This document shows, piece by piece, positions 40,912 through 51,617 of a DNA stretch of 64,000 nt (the stretch's first letter is position 1; every line of letters begins with the position of its first letter). The stretch comes from an uncultured bacterium (lineage in GTDB: Bacteria; Krumholzibacteriota; Krumholzibacteriia; Krumholzibacteriales; Krumholzibacteriaceae). The notes beneath the pieces were generated by a model. That model was not told the DNA's origin. It was given only the letters and a program-made list of their open reading frames with translations, and did not search any database. Both the position numbers and the translations under genes were made by a program. The DNA is taken from NCBI GenBank assembly GCA_963786935.1, contig CAWBAN010000001.1, positions 1,152,001-1,216,000 on the forward strand. The letters run 5' to 3'.

Positions 40912-43071
40912 TCATTCTCCGGCGATCTGCGCGAAATCGCAGAACAGCACAATGACTTTGTAACTAGCTGCCAGAAAAGCAATTCTGTTATTTCTTATTT
41001 TTTCATCTTCACAATTCACCAGCACGTCCTCGAAGAATTTATTCACATATGGCACAATCCCCTTCAACATGCCGATGGACTGCTGCACCTGTCCGGTTCG
41101 CTTGATCTCGAGGAGCTTCTTGCACACCCGGGACATCTCGTCGCAGAGATTCTTCTCCGCGTCGACGAGGAAAAGCGCCGGGGAAAATCCGAGCTCGGCC
41201 TCCCGCCCGGCGGAAAACGCCTCGAGCGCGGCCATGCCAGCGTCCTCCGTGAATCCCGCCCTGAGATCCTTCGGGATGATGTTCGTGACGCGCTTCATCG
41301 CGAGCACGAATGGGGAGAGCTCCCCCTCTTTCCGCAGCTTCGCGAGCTCCTCGGCCATGTCCTTGGCGGCGTGCGGATATTCCCACGGGGAGGCGAGAAC
41401 CGCCGTCGCGAGATCGTGATCGACGCCGTCCCCGCGGATGATCGCGTACAGCCGCTGGGCGTAGAATTCGCGGAGCCGCGCGACGATCGCGCCGCGGTCG
41501 CGCCCCCGTTCGTTCAGCGCCTCCGCGAACAGCCCGACGCTGCGGTCGAGCGCCTTTGGAAGCGAGAGTCCCGATCGCCGCGCGACGAGGATCCGCAGCA
41601 CGCCGATTGCGTGCCTGCGGAGCGCGTACGGATCCTGCGAGCCGGACGGCTCGAGCCCCATGCAGAAGCACCCCGAGATCGTGTCCATCTTGTCGGCGAG
41701 CGCCAGCATCGCGCTCGCCTCTCCCCGCGGCATGCGATCACCCGCGAACCGCGGGAGGTAGTGCTCGTAAACCGCCTCGGCGACCTCCTCGTCTTCCCCC
41801 GAGAGGCGGGCGTACTCGCGGCCGATGTAGCCCTGCAGCGCCGTGAATTCCTTGCCGTCCTTCACCATCTCGCTCGCGAGGTCCGCCTTCGCGAGGAGCG
41901 CGGCGCGCCGGATCGTTTTCTCGAGCCTCCCGTCCGCGATCCCCGCCTGCGAGGCGATCCACAGCGCGAACGCCTCCATCCGCGAAGCCTTCTCCGCAAG
42001 GCTCCCGAGCCCCTCGAGCCACACGATCGAGCCGAGCTTGCCCGCCATTTCCGCGAACGGACGCGCCGTGTCCTCCCGGTGGTAGAACACGGCGTCGTCG
42101 AGCCTCGCCCGGAGCACCCGCTCGTACCCCTTGACGATGCGGGGGCGGTTGCGGCGGCCGCCGTCGGCGAAGGCGACGAAATGCGGCAGGAGCTTCCCGT
42201 CGTCGCCCGCCACCGAAAAATAGCGCTGGTGGCTCTTGAGCGCCGTGACGATGACCTCCCGCGGGAGCGCGAGGAACTCCGCGTCGTAGCGTCCCGCCAT
42301 GGCGACCGGGGATTCGAGGAGGTTGGCGACGATGCCGACGAGATCCTCGTCCTCGACGAGCGAGCCCCCCTGCGCGCGGGCGCACGCGACCGCCGCCTCG
42401 CGAACGGCGTCGCGGCGCGCGGACTGATCGAGAACGATCCCGTTCTTTCGCATGATCGAGAAATAATCGAGCGGGGACTTCACCGGAACCGTCTTCTCGA
42501 AGAGCGGGCTCAGGCGCGTCCGCCGCCCGGCGGCGAGAGCGCCCAGCTTCACCCGCACGACGTCCGGGCCGAAGAGGCACAGGATCCAGCGGACCGGCCG
42601 GGCGAATCGCATGCCGCCCGAGGCCCATCGCATCGTTTTCGGTGAGCGGATCGCCAGGATCCACTCCGGCACGCGCTCCTTCATGATCGACGCCGTCGGC
42701 TTCCCCGTGATCTTCCGCGCGACGGCGAGGTACGCACCCTTCGGGGTCTCGACGCGCACGAGGGCGCTCGCCGGCACTCCCTGCGATTTGGCGAACCCTT
42801 CGGCGGCCTTCGTGTAGCTCCCGTCCGCGGCGACCGCGATCTTCACCGGGGGCCCCACGATCTTCTCTTCGGCGTTTTCCTGCTTCGCCGCGAGCCCCCG
42901 CGCGCGGATCACGATGCGCTTCGGCGTGCCCATGGCATCGATCCCGTCGCAGGGGATCCGTTCCGCCGCGATCCCCTCTTCGAAGAGCTTCCGCGCCTGT
43001 TCGATCATCTCGTCGAGGTAGCCGCTCGGCAGGTTCTCGCATCCGATCTCGAGGAGGAAATCCTTCTTCAC
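40912..43071 (-). CDS. glyS: Glycine--tRNA ligase beta subunit
   Basis: [53 protein letters not shown] overlaps the glyQ stop. Confidence 0.97.
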   Translation of the reverse strand: MKKDFLLEIGCENLPSGYLDEMIEQARKLFEEGIAAERIPCDGIDAMGTPKRIVIRARGLAAKQENAEEKIVGPPVKIAVAADGSYTKAAEGFAKSQGVPASALVRVETPKGAYLAVARKITGKPTASIMKERVPEWILAIRSPKTMRWASGGMRFARPVRWILCLFGPDVVRVKLGALAAGRRTRLSPLFEKTVPVKSPLDYFSIMRKNGIVLDQSARRDAVREAAVACARAQGGSLVEDEDLVGIVANLLESPVAMAGRYDAEFLALPREVIVTALKSHQRYFSVAGDDGKLLPHFVAFADGGRRNRPRIVKGYERVLRARLDDAVFYHREDTARPFAEMAGKLGSIVWLEGLGSLAEKASRMEAFALWIASQAGIADGRLEKTIRRAALLAKADLASEMVKDGKEFTALQGYIGREYARLSGEDEEVAEAVYEHYLPRFAGDRMPRGEASAMLALADKMDTISGCFCMGLEPSGSQDPYALRRHAIGVLRILVARRSGLSLPKALDRSVGLFAEALNERGRDRGAIVARLREFYAQRLYAIIRGDGVDHDLATAVLASPWEYPHAAKDMAEELAKLRKEGELSPFVLAMKRVTNIIPKDLRAGFTEDAGMAALEAFSAGREAELGFSPALFLVDAEKNLCDEMSRVCKKLLEIKRTGQVQQSIGMLKGIVPYVNKFFEDVLVNCEDEKIRNNRIAFLAASYKVIVLFCDFAQIAGE

Positions 43072-43964
43072 GTCCGCTCCTTTGTGCCGGTGTGCGCGCG
43101 GGAGAGCAGCGGAAACCCGAGCCGCTCGCGGTCGGCGACGTAGGCTTCGGCCGTCTGACGCGCGATATCCCTGATGCGCGCGATGTAGCTCGTCCGCTCG
43201 GATACGCTCACCGCGCCGCGGGCATCGAGGATGTTGAACATATGCGAGCATTTCACGACGTAGTCGTATGCGGGGAGGATGAGCCCTTCGCCGAGCATGC
43301 GCTTCGCCTCCCCCTGCAGGCGGTCGAACATCTCGAAGTAGAGCGGCACGTCCGCCTTTTCGAAATTGAACGCGCTGAATTCCCGCTCCGACTCGCGATA
43401 CAGGTCCCCCCACGTCACGCCCCCTCCCCACTCGACGTCCATGATATCGTCGACCCCCTGCAGGTACATGCAGATGCGCTCGAGCCCGTACGTGATCTCC
43501 GCGGAGATCGGATCGAGCTCCATCCCGCCCGCCTGCTGGAAGTACGTGAACTGCGTGATCTCCATCCCGTCGAGCCAGACCTCCCACCCGAGCCCCGCCG
43601 CGCCGAGCGTCGGCGACTCCCAGTCGTCCTCGACGAGCCGGATGTCGTGCGCCGCCGGATCGATCCCGATCGCGGTGAGACTCCTGATGTAGAGCGGCAG
43701 CACGTTCTCGGGGGCGGGCTTGAGAATGACCTGGTACTGGTTGAACTGCTGGACGCGGTTCGGATTCTCGGCGTAGCGCCCGTCCTTGGGGCGCTTCGTC
43801 GGCTCGATGTACGCGGCCCGCCACGGCTCGGGCCCGAGCACCCGAAGGAACGTCGCCGGATTCATCGTGCCGGCGCCGACCTCCGAGTTGTACGACGTCA
43901 GCAGCAGGCACCGCTGGCCGGACCAGAAGCGCTCCAACGCGGAAACGACGTCTTGAAAGGTCAC
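43068..43964 (-). CDS. glyQ: Glycine--tRNA ligase alpha subunit
   Basis: [50 protein letters not shown]. Confidence 0.98.
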   Translation of the reverse strand: MTFQDVVSALERFWSGQRCLLLTSYNSEVGAGTMNPATFLRVLGPEPWRAAYIEPTKRPKDGRYAENPNRVQQFNQYQVILKPAPENVLPLYIRSLTAIGIDPAAHDIRLVEDDWESPTLGAAGLGWEVWLDGMEITQFTYFQQAGGMELDPISAEITYGLERICMYLQGVDDIMDVEWGGGVTWGDLYRESEREFSAFNFEKADVPLYFEMFDRLQGEAKRMLGEGLILPAYDYVVKCSHMFNILDARGAVSVSERTSYIARIRDIARQTAEAYVADRERLGFPLLSRAHTGTKERT

Positions 43965-44725
43965 TGGCCGTTCACCCCCTTGCAGAGACGCAGCGAATGC
44001 GGAAGCCGATAGCCTTCCACGTGACTGACGAAGAGACGGTGGATGATCTCGCCGATTTCCCGCCGCTCGCCCCGGTCCATGCGCGCGCCGCGGACGCCCT
44101 CGAGCCCGAGCGCGTCCATCCGGCGGATGAGCGCCGAGGCGCCGCCCGAGAGCGAGCGCCCCTTCGGGCCGCCGCACGCGGGGCAGCACACGAGGCCGCT
44201 CGCCGCCTCGATCGAAAGCGCCGCGTTTTCGAGCGGGGCGGCGCACCGCGAGCACGACGCCGTCGAAGGGAACGAACCGGCGAGCTTCAGCACATCGATC
44301 TCGAGCGCGTAGAAAAGCGCCCACGGATCGGAGGCCGCGGGAAGCAGCCGCATGTACCGCTCGATGAGGTCGAAGATGCGCTCGTCGGCCGAGCGATCGA
44401 AGACCGAGCGGTCCACGATCTCGAGCCCCGCCTGAAAGAGGCAGAGCCGCTCGAGATCGCCGGCGCCGGCGTCGAACGATTCCACGGTCCCCATTTCCTT
44501 GAGCAGCTGCAAACCGCGCTCCTGTCGAAAATAAAAAACGATCTCCGAGACGTTTCCGGTCCGCAGGCTCCCCTGGAGGGCGCTCCGCGAACTCCTCGCA
44601 CCCTTCGCGAGCAGCCGCAGTTTTCCGTGCGATCGCGTGAGAACCACGGCGACGGCGCTCGATTCCCCGTAGGGGTACGTCCGCAGGACGATCGAGCGGT
44701 CCTTGATGATTTCGCTCACCGGCAC
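43961..44725 (-). CDS. recO: DNA repair protein RecO
   Basis: [25 protein letters not shown]4 zinc motif (CSRC...CPAC), located upstream of glyQS. Confidence 0.93.
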   Translation of the reverse strand: MPVSEIIKDRSIVLRTYPYGESSAVAVVLTRSHGKLRLLAKGARSSRSALQGSLRTGNVSEIVFYFRQERGLQLLKEMGTVESFDAGAGDLERLCLFQAGLEIVDRSVFDRSADERIFDLIERYMRLLPAASDPWALFYALEIDVLKLAGSFPSTASCSRCAAPLENAALSIEAASGLVCCPACGGPKGRSLSGGASALIRRMDALGLEGVRGARMDRGERREIGEIIHRLFVSHVEGYRLPHSLRLCKGVNGQ

Positions 44726-44738
44726 TCCACCGCCGCCG

Positions 44739-45380
44739 TCAGGCGCTCGCGCCGGCGTCGGGCGCCGCGGCGTGGCGGTGCCCCGGCGGAACGACGGCGC
44801 CGCCCGAGATGACCATCTTCATCGCGTCCTCGACCGAGAGCTCGGACGGGAGCGCCTCGTCGCGGCGCACCATGATGAAGAGGCCCGAGGTCGGGTTCGG
44901 CGTCGTCGGCAGGAAGATCGTTACGAAGTCCCGCTCCGCCCCGTCAGCTCCCCGGAAACGCCACGTCGACGTCACGAAGCCGATGACGTACACCCCGGGA
45001 CGCGGGTACTGCACGAGCACGACCTCCTTGAAGACGGTCCGCTCCTGCTTGAGGAACACCTCGCTGACCTGCTTGATCGCGACGTAGATGCTGCGCACCA
45101 TGGGGATCTTCTCCAATCCCCCCTCCACCCATCTGAACAGCGTCCTGCCGAAAAAGCCGCCGCCGACGACGCCGGCGAGGAGAATGATCACGATGACGCC
45201 GATGAAGCCGAGGCCGGGGATATCGAGGTACGGATGACGGACGGTGATGGGCGCCAGGATGCCGTCGACCCACCGGAAGATGCGGTAAAGGACGTACACG
45301 GTGAGCACGGTCGGCATGAGCACGAGGAGCCCCGTGAGGAAGCTCCGCTTGAACCACCGGACGAGCGAATGGTTTGTCAA
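44739..45380 (-). CDS. DUF502 domain membrane protein
   Basis: FLTGLLVLMP, KIPMVRSIY, VLVQYPRPG, FLPTTPNPTSG, MVISGG. TTG start overlapping the upstream stop is assumed. Confidence 0.9.
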   Translation of the reverse strand: MTNHSLVRWFKRSFLTGLLVLMPTVLTVYVLYRIFRWVDGILAPITVRHPYLDIPGLGFIGVIVIILLAGVVGGGFFGRTLFRWVEGGLEKIPMVRSIYVAIKQVSEVFLKQERTVFKEVVLVQYPRPGVYVIGFVTSTWRFRGADGAERDFVTIFLPTTPNPTSGLFIMVRRDEALPSELSVEDAMKMVISGGAVVPPGHRHAAAPDAGASA

Positions 45381-46609
45381 TCTTCGGGCAACCATACGAT
45401 GACCTCGATGATCCGCTGTCCCGCGAGCCTGCCGATCTTGAAGCGCGCGCCCCCGAATTCGACTTCCTCCCCTTCCTCCGGCACGCGGCCTATCAAGTTA
45501 TAGAGAAATCCCCCGAGCGTGTCAACCTCGTCCGACGGCAGGGAAAGGGAGAGCGCCGCGTTCAGCGCGTCGATCCCGACCGATCCCGCGGCGACGTACT
45601 GGCGCGCCCCGGTCTGCCGCACCGGCGGGAGCTCGTGGTCGTACTCGTCGAGGATCTCGCCGACGATCTCTTCGAGGACGTCCTCCAGGGTCACGATCCC
45701 CGACGTTCCGCCGTACTCGTCGACGACGACGGCCATGTGCTTCTTGCCGCGCTGGAATTCGCGCAGGAGGTCGTCGAGCTTCTTGCCCTCGGGAAGGAAG
45801 AAGGCGTCGCGCACGAGCCACCCGCGGTCGAGCCGGAACGGCTCGTCGGGCGGGATCTTGAGGAGGTCCTTCACGTACAGGATGCCGACGATCCGATCGA
45901 TGCTCCCGTCATACACGGGGACGCGGGAATGCCCGGCGCTCGAGACCTTCTCCCTGATCTCTCCCGGCGGCGTGTGGATATCGAGCGCGAAGATATCGAT
46001 CCGCGGGACCATGATCTCGCGCGCCTTCTTCACGCCGAATTCCTGAACGCTGCGGATCAGCTTCGAGCCCTTGTCTCCGATGAAACCGTCGGCCGCGGGA
46101 CCCTCGGCGCCGGGGAAGAGGAAGAAGGGGCTCGCCATTTCGCGCGGGAGGTCCGGAAACACGAGCCCGACGACGAGCAGGAAGAGGCGCACGAACGGGC
46201 GCAGAACGAGATACACGGGGAGCAGCGGGTACGACGACGCGAGCGCGAACCGGACGGGATTCATCGACGCGGCGCCGAAGCCGGCGATCGCGACGGCCGC
46301 CAGCCCCGCCGCCGCGCCGAGCATGGGGACGATCGCGTGCCGCGGTCCCGGCGGCCCGCCGAGGGCGCCGTGGATGACGATCGCGGCGAAGCACAGGATG
46401 ATCGCCTCGACGCCGAGGAGCGAGAGCATGAAATGGAACCGTCCCCGATGCAAGAAACGGGGGCACGCCGCTCCCCGCATCGAGCGCGGGAACGCCTTGT
46501 CCACGTGGAGCCGCGACACGATCCCGAACGAGGCGAAGCCGCCGGCGACGAGGAATTGCGCCGCCAGCAGCAGCGCGATGAGCACCGCGTTTCCGGTTCC
46601 CGCGATCAT
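45377..46609 (-). CDS. Hemolysin-family / CorC-HlyC CBS domain membrane protein
   Basis: EIMVPR, GHSRVPVY, VVDEYGGTSGIVTLEDVLEEIVGEI.DEYD, DTLGG. Confidence 0.92.
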   Translation of the reverse strand: MIAGTGNAVLIALLLAAQFLVAGGFASFGIVSRLHVDKAFPRSMRGAACPRFLHRGRFHFMLSLLGVEAIILCFAAIVIHGALGGPPGPRHAIVPMLGAAAGLAAVAIAGFGAASMNPVRFALASSYPLLPVYLVLRPFVRLFLLVVGLVFPDLPREMASPFFLFPGAEGPAADGFIGDKGSKLIRSVQEFGVKKAREIMVPRIDIFALDIHTPPGEIREKVSSAGHSRVPVYDGSIDRIVGILYVKDLLKIPPDEPFRLDRGWLVRDAFFLPEGKKLDDLLREFQRGKKHMAVVVDEYGGTSGIVTLEDVLEEIVGEILDEYDHELPPVRQTGARQYVAAGSVGIDALNAALSLSLPSDEVDTLGGFLYNLIGRVPEEGEEVEFGGARFKIGRLAGQRIIEVIVWLPED

Positions 46610-46646
46610 AACGGATCCGCTCCGCGCGGCGGGGAACAGCCCCCGG

Positions 46647-47107
46647 TCACGCGAAGAGACGCTTCACCTCCCGCTCGGAGCAGTGCCGCCTGAGGCATCG
46701 CGCCTCGGCCGCCTCCATCCTGCGGGCGCTCGACGGGTCGTCGTGCCGGTGGCCCCGCAGGTGCATGATCCCGTGCACGACGAGCCGCGCGCCGTACGAG
46801 CGCGGAGACACGCCGCGCAGCCGCGCGCCCCGGACGAGCCGCGGCCAGCACAGAACAATCTCGCCGAGGAGCCCTTCCCCCCGGGATCGGGAGCGCCCGC
46901 GCACGGAAAGGTGAGGATCTCCGCCGCTCCGCGCCGTTTCTTGTACACGCGATTCAGACGCGCCATCGTCCGTTCGCCGATCCAGACCACGCCGACGAGG
47001 CCGTCCCGCGGCGCCACCCGCGCCGCGACGGCGCGGAGCGCCGGCGAGAGCCTCGCCCGCTCCGCCCGGGCCCCGAGGCGCGCGCTCCCTGCGATCTCGA
47101 GCCTCAC
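46647..47107 (-). CDS. ybeY: rRNA maturation endoribonuclease YbeY (one frameshift at 46877-46882)
   Basis: MARLNRVYK..EILTFP in one frame; LGEIVLC and VHGIMHLRGHRH (HxxxHxxGxxH) in another. The junction is a G6 run that needs G7. Typical phoH-HD-ybeY-corC context. Confidence 0.85.
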
Positions 47108-49341
47108 CGGACGAGCCCCTCCTCGTTCTGGGACGGATACGGAATCCTCGAATGAAACACGCCGGTGAGCAGCTGGATGAACTTCTCGCGCACCACGGCG
47201 ATGTCGTTGAGGGTCAGCCCGCTGTCGTCGAGCTCGCCGTCGCTCGCCCGGGCTTCGATGATCTTGGTCACGATCGCCCGTATCTTCGGCGCCGTGGCGC
47301 CATCGAGGGAGCGCACCGCCGCCTCGGCCGAGTCGGCCAGCATGATGAGCGCCGTCTCCTTCGATCTCGGCCGCGGGCCCGGGTAGCGGAAGTCGTCGGC
47401 GTTGACGCTGTCGTGCGAATCGTATTCGAGCGCTTTCCGGTAGAAATAGGCCATGATCGTCGTTCCGTGATGCTCGCCGATCGCGTCGATGACGATGCGG
47501 GGGAGCTTCTCGCGCTTCGCGAGCTCGATCCCCTCTTTCGTGTGGGAGGCGAGGATCAGCGCGCTCATGCGGGGGGTGAGCTTCTCGTGCTTGTTGATGT
47601 TGTCCCCCTTGTTCTCGAAAAAGTACTCCGGCTTGGCGAGCTTGCCGATATCGTGGTAGTAGGCGCCGACCCGGGCCTGCAGGCCGTTCGCGCCGACGCC
47701 CCGGGCGACCGCCTCGACGAGATTGCCGACCATGAGGGAATGGTGATACGTGCCCGGCGCCTCGATGACGAGACGCCTGAAGAGCGGCCGGTTGAGATCG
47801 CTCAGCTCCATGAGGGTAAAATCGGTCGTCACGTCGAAGAGGGCCTCGAAGATGGGAAGGAGAAACATAACCATGATCGTGCATGCCAGCCCGTTGCCGA
47901 CGCCGAAGAGCGACGCGCGCCCGATCGCCGGCGGCGACATCCCCTCGGAGAATCCGAAGCCCGCGATGCCGACGACGTACGCGGCGGAGACGCTCAGCAG
48001 AATCGTGTAGAACTTCTTCCGCTCCCGCAGCTGCGCGATGCTGATGATTCCCGCCGCTCCCGCCATGAGCGACACGAAGGCGTAGCTCGCCGGCAGATTC
48101 GTATGCGTGATGATGACGAGGGACGCGAAGATCGTGAACAGGACGGCGGCCTGAATGCCGAAGAACGCGGTGCAGACGAGCGAGACGAACGGGACGGGGA
48201 TCAGCCACGGGTCAAGCGCGGGCAGCTTCATGACGAGCGCCGTCAGAACGAGATACAGCGACAGAACGATGAAGACGAGCGTGAGCGTGCCGGGGGCGGC
48301 GATGATTCCCGGCTGGAACCGGCGGAGCGCGAGGCTCAGGAGCGCCAGGAGCGCGAGCACCCGCAGGCCCGTGCCGAACAGGAGCGCCATCCGCGCGCCG
48401 AGCGCGTCGGCGAGATCCATCGAAACCCGCTTCTCCTCCATTTTCTCGAGGATGTCGATCTGCGCGCGCGTCACCCTGTCGTGCTTGGCGACGATCCGCT
48501 CGTTCTTCGCGACGGTGAAGGATCGCGCCACGCCCCGCGTCGCCTCGTCGCGGCGCTTTCTCGTCTCCTGCGCGTCGTAGACGAGATTGGGGGCGAGATG
48601 CGACCGGACGATCGCATGAAAGAGCCGCATCGCTTTCTCGTTGCCGGGGAACAGATCGCGCGCTTCGGCGGTGACGAGCTGCTCGAGATCGCTCTGCGAG
48701 ATGAGCGACTGCGCCGATACGAGCGATTCGTCCCCCTCGGCGACGACCGAGACCCTCGCGTAGTCGCGCTGCTTGAGCGCCGAGGCGTCGTTGACGATCC
48801 CCCGCCCGAGGCACCGGTTCTGGAGCCTGAGGGCTTCCCGGCGCATGCGCTCCCTGATTCCCGCGTCGGCCAGGAGCTCGATCGACTCGCGCCGGAGCTC
48901 GGGAGCGATCTCCTTCATCCGATTCACGCGGTCACGCACGGAGACGCCGCTCGCGCCGGCGACGGCGCCGATCCTTTCGAACAGGCTCGCCAGATCGCCG
49001 GGCAGGTGGCTCGCCGGCCCGTCGTCGCGGAGAAAGACGGGAGGCACCGAGACGGCTGCGCGCGCGCGGGCGAGTTCGAGCTCGTGATCGTTCAGCGGGA
49101 CGACGAACGAGAAGGGGGCGACGATATCGATATCGGCGATGCTCCCCTCCTCGAACCGGACCGACTTCTTCTTCTGCGCGGGAGGGAAGAGCGCGAGCGA
49201 GAGGACGAGGAGCGCGGCGAGGTAGATGAGCGGCAGCCGCATCCACTTCTCGAATCGGGGGAAGGGCAGCCTGAACGCGCGAGCCGATTCGAGGTCCGGT
49301 CCGTCCCCCGCGCCGGCCCCATTCGCGGATCGGTTACTCAT
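47104..49341 (-). CDS. 7TM-HD (HDIG) phosphohydrolase, PgpH-like c-di-AMP phosphodiesterase family
   Basis: Large extracytoplasmic domain, several TMs, APGTYHHS, YHDIGK, EHHGT, FRYPGPRP, MLADSAEAA. Confidence 0.92.
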   Translation of the reverse strand: MSNRSANGAGAGDGPDLESARAFRLPFPRFEKWMRLPLIYLAALLVLSLALFPPAQKKKSVRFEEGSIADIDIVAPFSFVVPLNDHELELARARAAVSVPPVFLRDDGPASHLPGDLASLFERIGAVAGASGVSVRDRVNRMKEIAPELRRESIELLADAGIRERMRREALRLQNRCLGRGIVNDASALKQRDYARVSVVAEGDESLVSAQSLISQSDLEQLVTAEARDLFPGNEKAMRLFHAIVRSHLAPNLVYDAQETRKRRDEATRGVARSFTVAKNERIVAKHDRVTRAQIDILEKMEEKRVSMDLADALGARMALLFGTGLRVLALLALLSLALRRFQPGIIAAPGTLTLVFIVLSLYLVLTALVMKLPALDPWLIPVPFVSLVCTAFFGIQAAVLFTIFASLVIITHTNLPASYAFVSLMAGAAGIISIAQLRERKKFYTILLSVSAAYVVGIAGFGFSEGMSPPAIGRASLFGVGNGLACTIMVMFLLPIFEALFDVTTDFTLMELSDLNRPLFRRLVIEAPGTYHHSLMVGNLVEAVARGVGANGLQARVGAYYHDIGKLAKPEYFFENKGDNINKHEKLTPRMSALILASHTKEGIELAKREKLPRIVIDAIGEHHGTTIMAYFYRKALEYDSHDSVNADDFRYPGPRPRSKETALIMLADSAEAAVRSLDGATAPKIRAIVTKIIEARASDGELDDSGLTLNDIAVVREKFIQLLTGVFHSRIPYPSQNEEGLVR

Positions 49342-50389
49342 CGGTTTTCTCCGGCGGCGGATCGGCGCTTCCCCCCCGCTCCACGGCCGGCTCCGGCGCC
49401 GGGGAGAGGCGGCCGGCCTTCTCCGCGAGGGCGGCGCTCTTCACGGTGAACGCGCGGATGATGCGCCTGACGAGCCAGTGCCGGACCACGTCCTCCTCCC
49501 CGAACGTCACGAACGCGATCCCCTCGACGTCCCCGAGGATCTCGCGGGCGGCGACGAGCCCCGATTGCGCCGGATCCGCGAGATCGATCTGCGTCACGTC
49601 GCCGGTCACGATCGCCTTCGAGCTCTCGCCGAGCCTCGTGAGGAACATCTTCATCTGTCCGATCGTGCAGTTCTGCGCCTCGTCGAGAATCGCGAACGAT
49701 CCGTTGAGCGTCCGCCCGCGCATGTACGCCAGCGGCGCGATTTCGAGCGTTCCCGCCTCGATCAGCTTCATCACCCGCTCCTGGCCGATCATGTCCCGGA
49801 AGGCGTCGAAGATCGGGCGAAGGTACGGCTCGATCTTTTCCTGCATGTCCCCCGGCAGGAATCCGAGATTCTCGCCCGCCTCGACGACGGGGCGCGAGAT
49901 GAAAATACGTTCGATCTCGCCGTTCTTCAGCGCCGCGAGCGCGCAGGCGATGGCGAGGTACGTCTTCCCCGTTCCGGCGGGACCGATCGCGAACACGACG
50001 TCATGGCCGCGAATCGCTTCGACGTACTCCTTCTGCCGCGCGCTCCGCGGAACGACGCCCCGCCGTTTCACGGGCGAATAATACACGAGCGCGTCGTCGA
50101 GGTCGCCCGGCTTCTCCGCCTCGACCCTGCCTCCCCGGATCGCGGCGAGAACGTCCCCTTCGGAGACGCTCCGCCCGGAGCCGGCGATCTCGATCAGCTT
50201 CTCGATGACGCGCGTGAGACGCTCGACGGTCCGCGGAGGGCCCGCGATGATGATCTCGTCGCCGCGCACGACCACCTTTTCGTCGAAGTGCTCCTCGATG
50301 AGCCGCAGGGTCCGATCCTCGACGCCGAGCAGCCTGATCGGATCGATGCCGGCGATCGACACAATCCGCCTCTTGAAATCCCGTTTCAT
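49334..50389 (-). CDS. phoH: PhoH family ATPase
   Basis: GPAGTGKTYLA, LGFLPGD, APLAYMRGRTL, LDEAQN, GDVTQIDL. Confidence 0.96.
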   Translation of the reverse strand: MKRDFKRRIVSIAGIDPIRLLGVEDRTLRLIEEHFDEKVVVRGDEIIIAGPPRTVERLTRVIEKLIEIAGSGRSVSEGDVLAAIRGGRVEAEKPGDLDDALVYYSPVKRRGVVPRSARQKEYVEAIRGHDVVFAIGPAGTGKTYLAIACALAALKNGEIERIFISRPVVEAGENLGFLPGDMQEKIEPYLRPIFDAFRDMIGQERVMKLIEAGTLEIAPLAYMRGRTLNGSFAILDEAQNCTIGQMKMFLTRLGESSKAIVTGDVTQIDLADPAQSGLVAAREILGDVEGIAFVTFGEEDVVRHWLVRRIIRAFTVKSAALAEKAGRLSPAPEPAVERGGSADPPPEKTDE

Positions 50390-50471
50390 TGTACCCCCGA
50401 AACGCAGAACTCTTGGCTTCCCGCGGGGGAAGCCAAGAGTTCACGAATCAACGCTCATTGCGAGCATGCGT

Positions 50472-51182
50472 TCACTGAATGGTATCCTGCCTCGGGATCA
50501 CGAGCTCCTGATTCGGGAAGATGAGATCCGGATCCTTGATTCTGCCCTTATTCGCTTCGTAGATGAGAGTCCATTTCCGGTAATCGCCGTAGATCTCCCA
50601 GTACCCGGCGATCTTCCCGAGCCACTCGTCATTGTTGACCCGATACGCGTAGGGATACTCGCGCGGGATCGCGAGCTCCCATCCGGCGAGCACCCAGTCG
50701 GGATCCTCGATGAGCTGCTTGTTTCCCCGCCAGATGCGCGGCCACTTGAGCGGATCCTTGTAGATCTCTTCCCGGGACGCGAGCGTCCAGAGGCATTCCC
50801 CGTACTGGAGCTTCCAGCTCTTCGGGAGCTGGGAGAGCGTCTGAAGCTGCATCGTGAGCTCGTCGATTTCCGCCGTGTACGACGCGTACGCCCGCTCGGC
50901 GTCACGGAGCTCCCTCGTAAGGACCTTGATCCGTTCCTTGTTGGCGGTGAGCTCGGACTCCGACTTCTTGGCCCGCTCGTTGAGCGCCTGAAGCTCGGCC
51001 GCGAGGGCCTTGCAGTACGCTTCCCGGTCTTTTTTCGAGAGCTTCTTGTATTCGACGTCTTCGTAATATTCGCCCTTCGCGACATCGACGGGTCTCGCTT
51101 TGTAGCCTCCGCAGCCGGCGGCGAGAGCGAGGACCATTCCGGCGGCGAGCATGAACCCTGTTTTCCTAGTCACCTTAGTCAT
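50472..51182 (-). CDS. Lipoprotein with coiled coil and two LysM domains
   Basis: Lipobox LAAGC. GECLW.LA..IY.DP.KWPRI and WLGKIA...IYEAN..IKDPDLIFPNQELVIP. Confidence 0.88.
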   Translation of the reverse strand: MTKVTRKTGFMLAAGMVLALAAGCGGYKARPVDVAKGEYYEDVEYKKLSKKDREAYCKALAAELQALNERAKKSESELTANKERIKVLTRELRDAERAYASYTAEIDELTMQLQTLSQLPKSWKLQYGECLWTLASREEIYKDPLKWPRIWRGNKQLIEDPDWVLAGWELAIPREYPYAYRVNNDEWLGKIAGYWEIYGDYRKWTLIYEANKGRIKDPDLIFPNQELVIPRQDTIQ

Positions 51183-51208
51183 TGTACGCTCCTTGCAGGG
51201 CTTGCCTG

Positions 51209-51496
51209 CTACTCCCTTCCGCTCCCTTTCTTGAGATCGTTAACCTTCTTCTGCAGATCCGCCGGTTTATCCTTCACCTGTTCGATTTCGGCTTTCTTCG
51301 TTTCGAGCTTCTTCTCGAGGTCGGCGACGTTCTTCGCCGTTTCGGCCGCCTCCTGCTCGTACGTCTCGGCGTCGAGCCGCGTCTCATCGAGCGTCACGAG
51401 ACTCGTCTGGCACGGCGCCGTTCCACCGCACCCGGCCGACAGGAACGCTGCCGCGAGGAGGAGAAACGGCACTACCACCATCCCGCGAAATTTCAT
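51209..51496 (-). CDS. Small coiled-coil lipoprotein
   Basis: GGAGGG RBS, lipobox LSAGC, Lys/Glu-rich heptads. Confidence 0.8.
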   Translation of the reverse strand: MKFRGMVVVPFLLLAAAFLSAGCGGTAPCQTSLVTLDETRLDAETYEQEAAETAKNVADLEKKLETKKAEIEQVKDKPADLQKKVNDLKKGSGRE

Positions 51497-51542
51497 AACT
51501 CGAATCCCTCCTTATGCTTATAAGAAATATTGGCTTCTTCTT

Positions 51543-51571
51543 ACGTTAATAATGCTCTTGCCCAAAGTCAA
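51543..51571 (-). promoter_or_regulatory. Putative sigma70-type promoter
   Basis: TTGACT-N17-TAACGT in an AT-rich gap. Confidence 0.45.
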
Positions 51572-51617
51572 GGAAAAAGCCCACAAAAAATCGAGAGCGC
51601 CGCGCGCGGCGCGGGAT

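Noticed and set aside
51583..51615. GC palindrome after aspS as a terminator
   Set aside because: The stem is separated from the T-run by several unpaired bases, so it is too weak to call.
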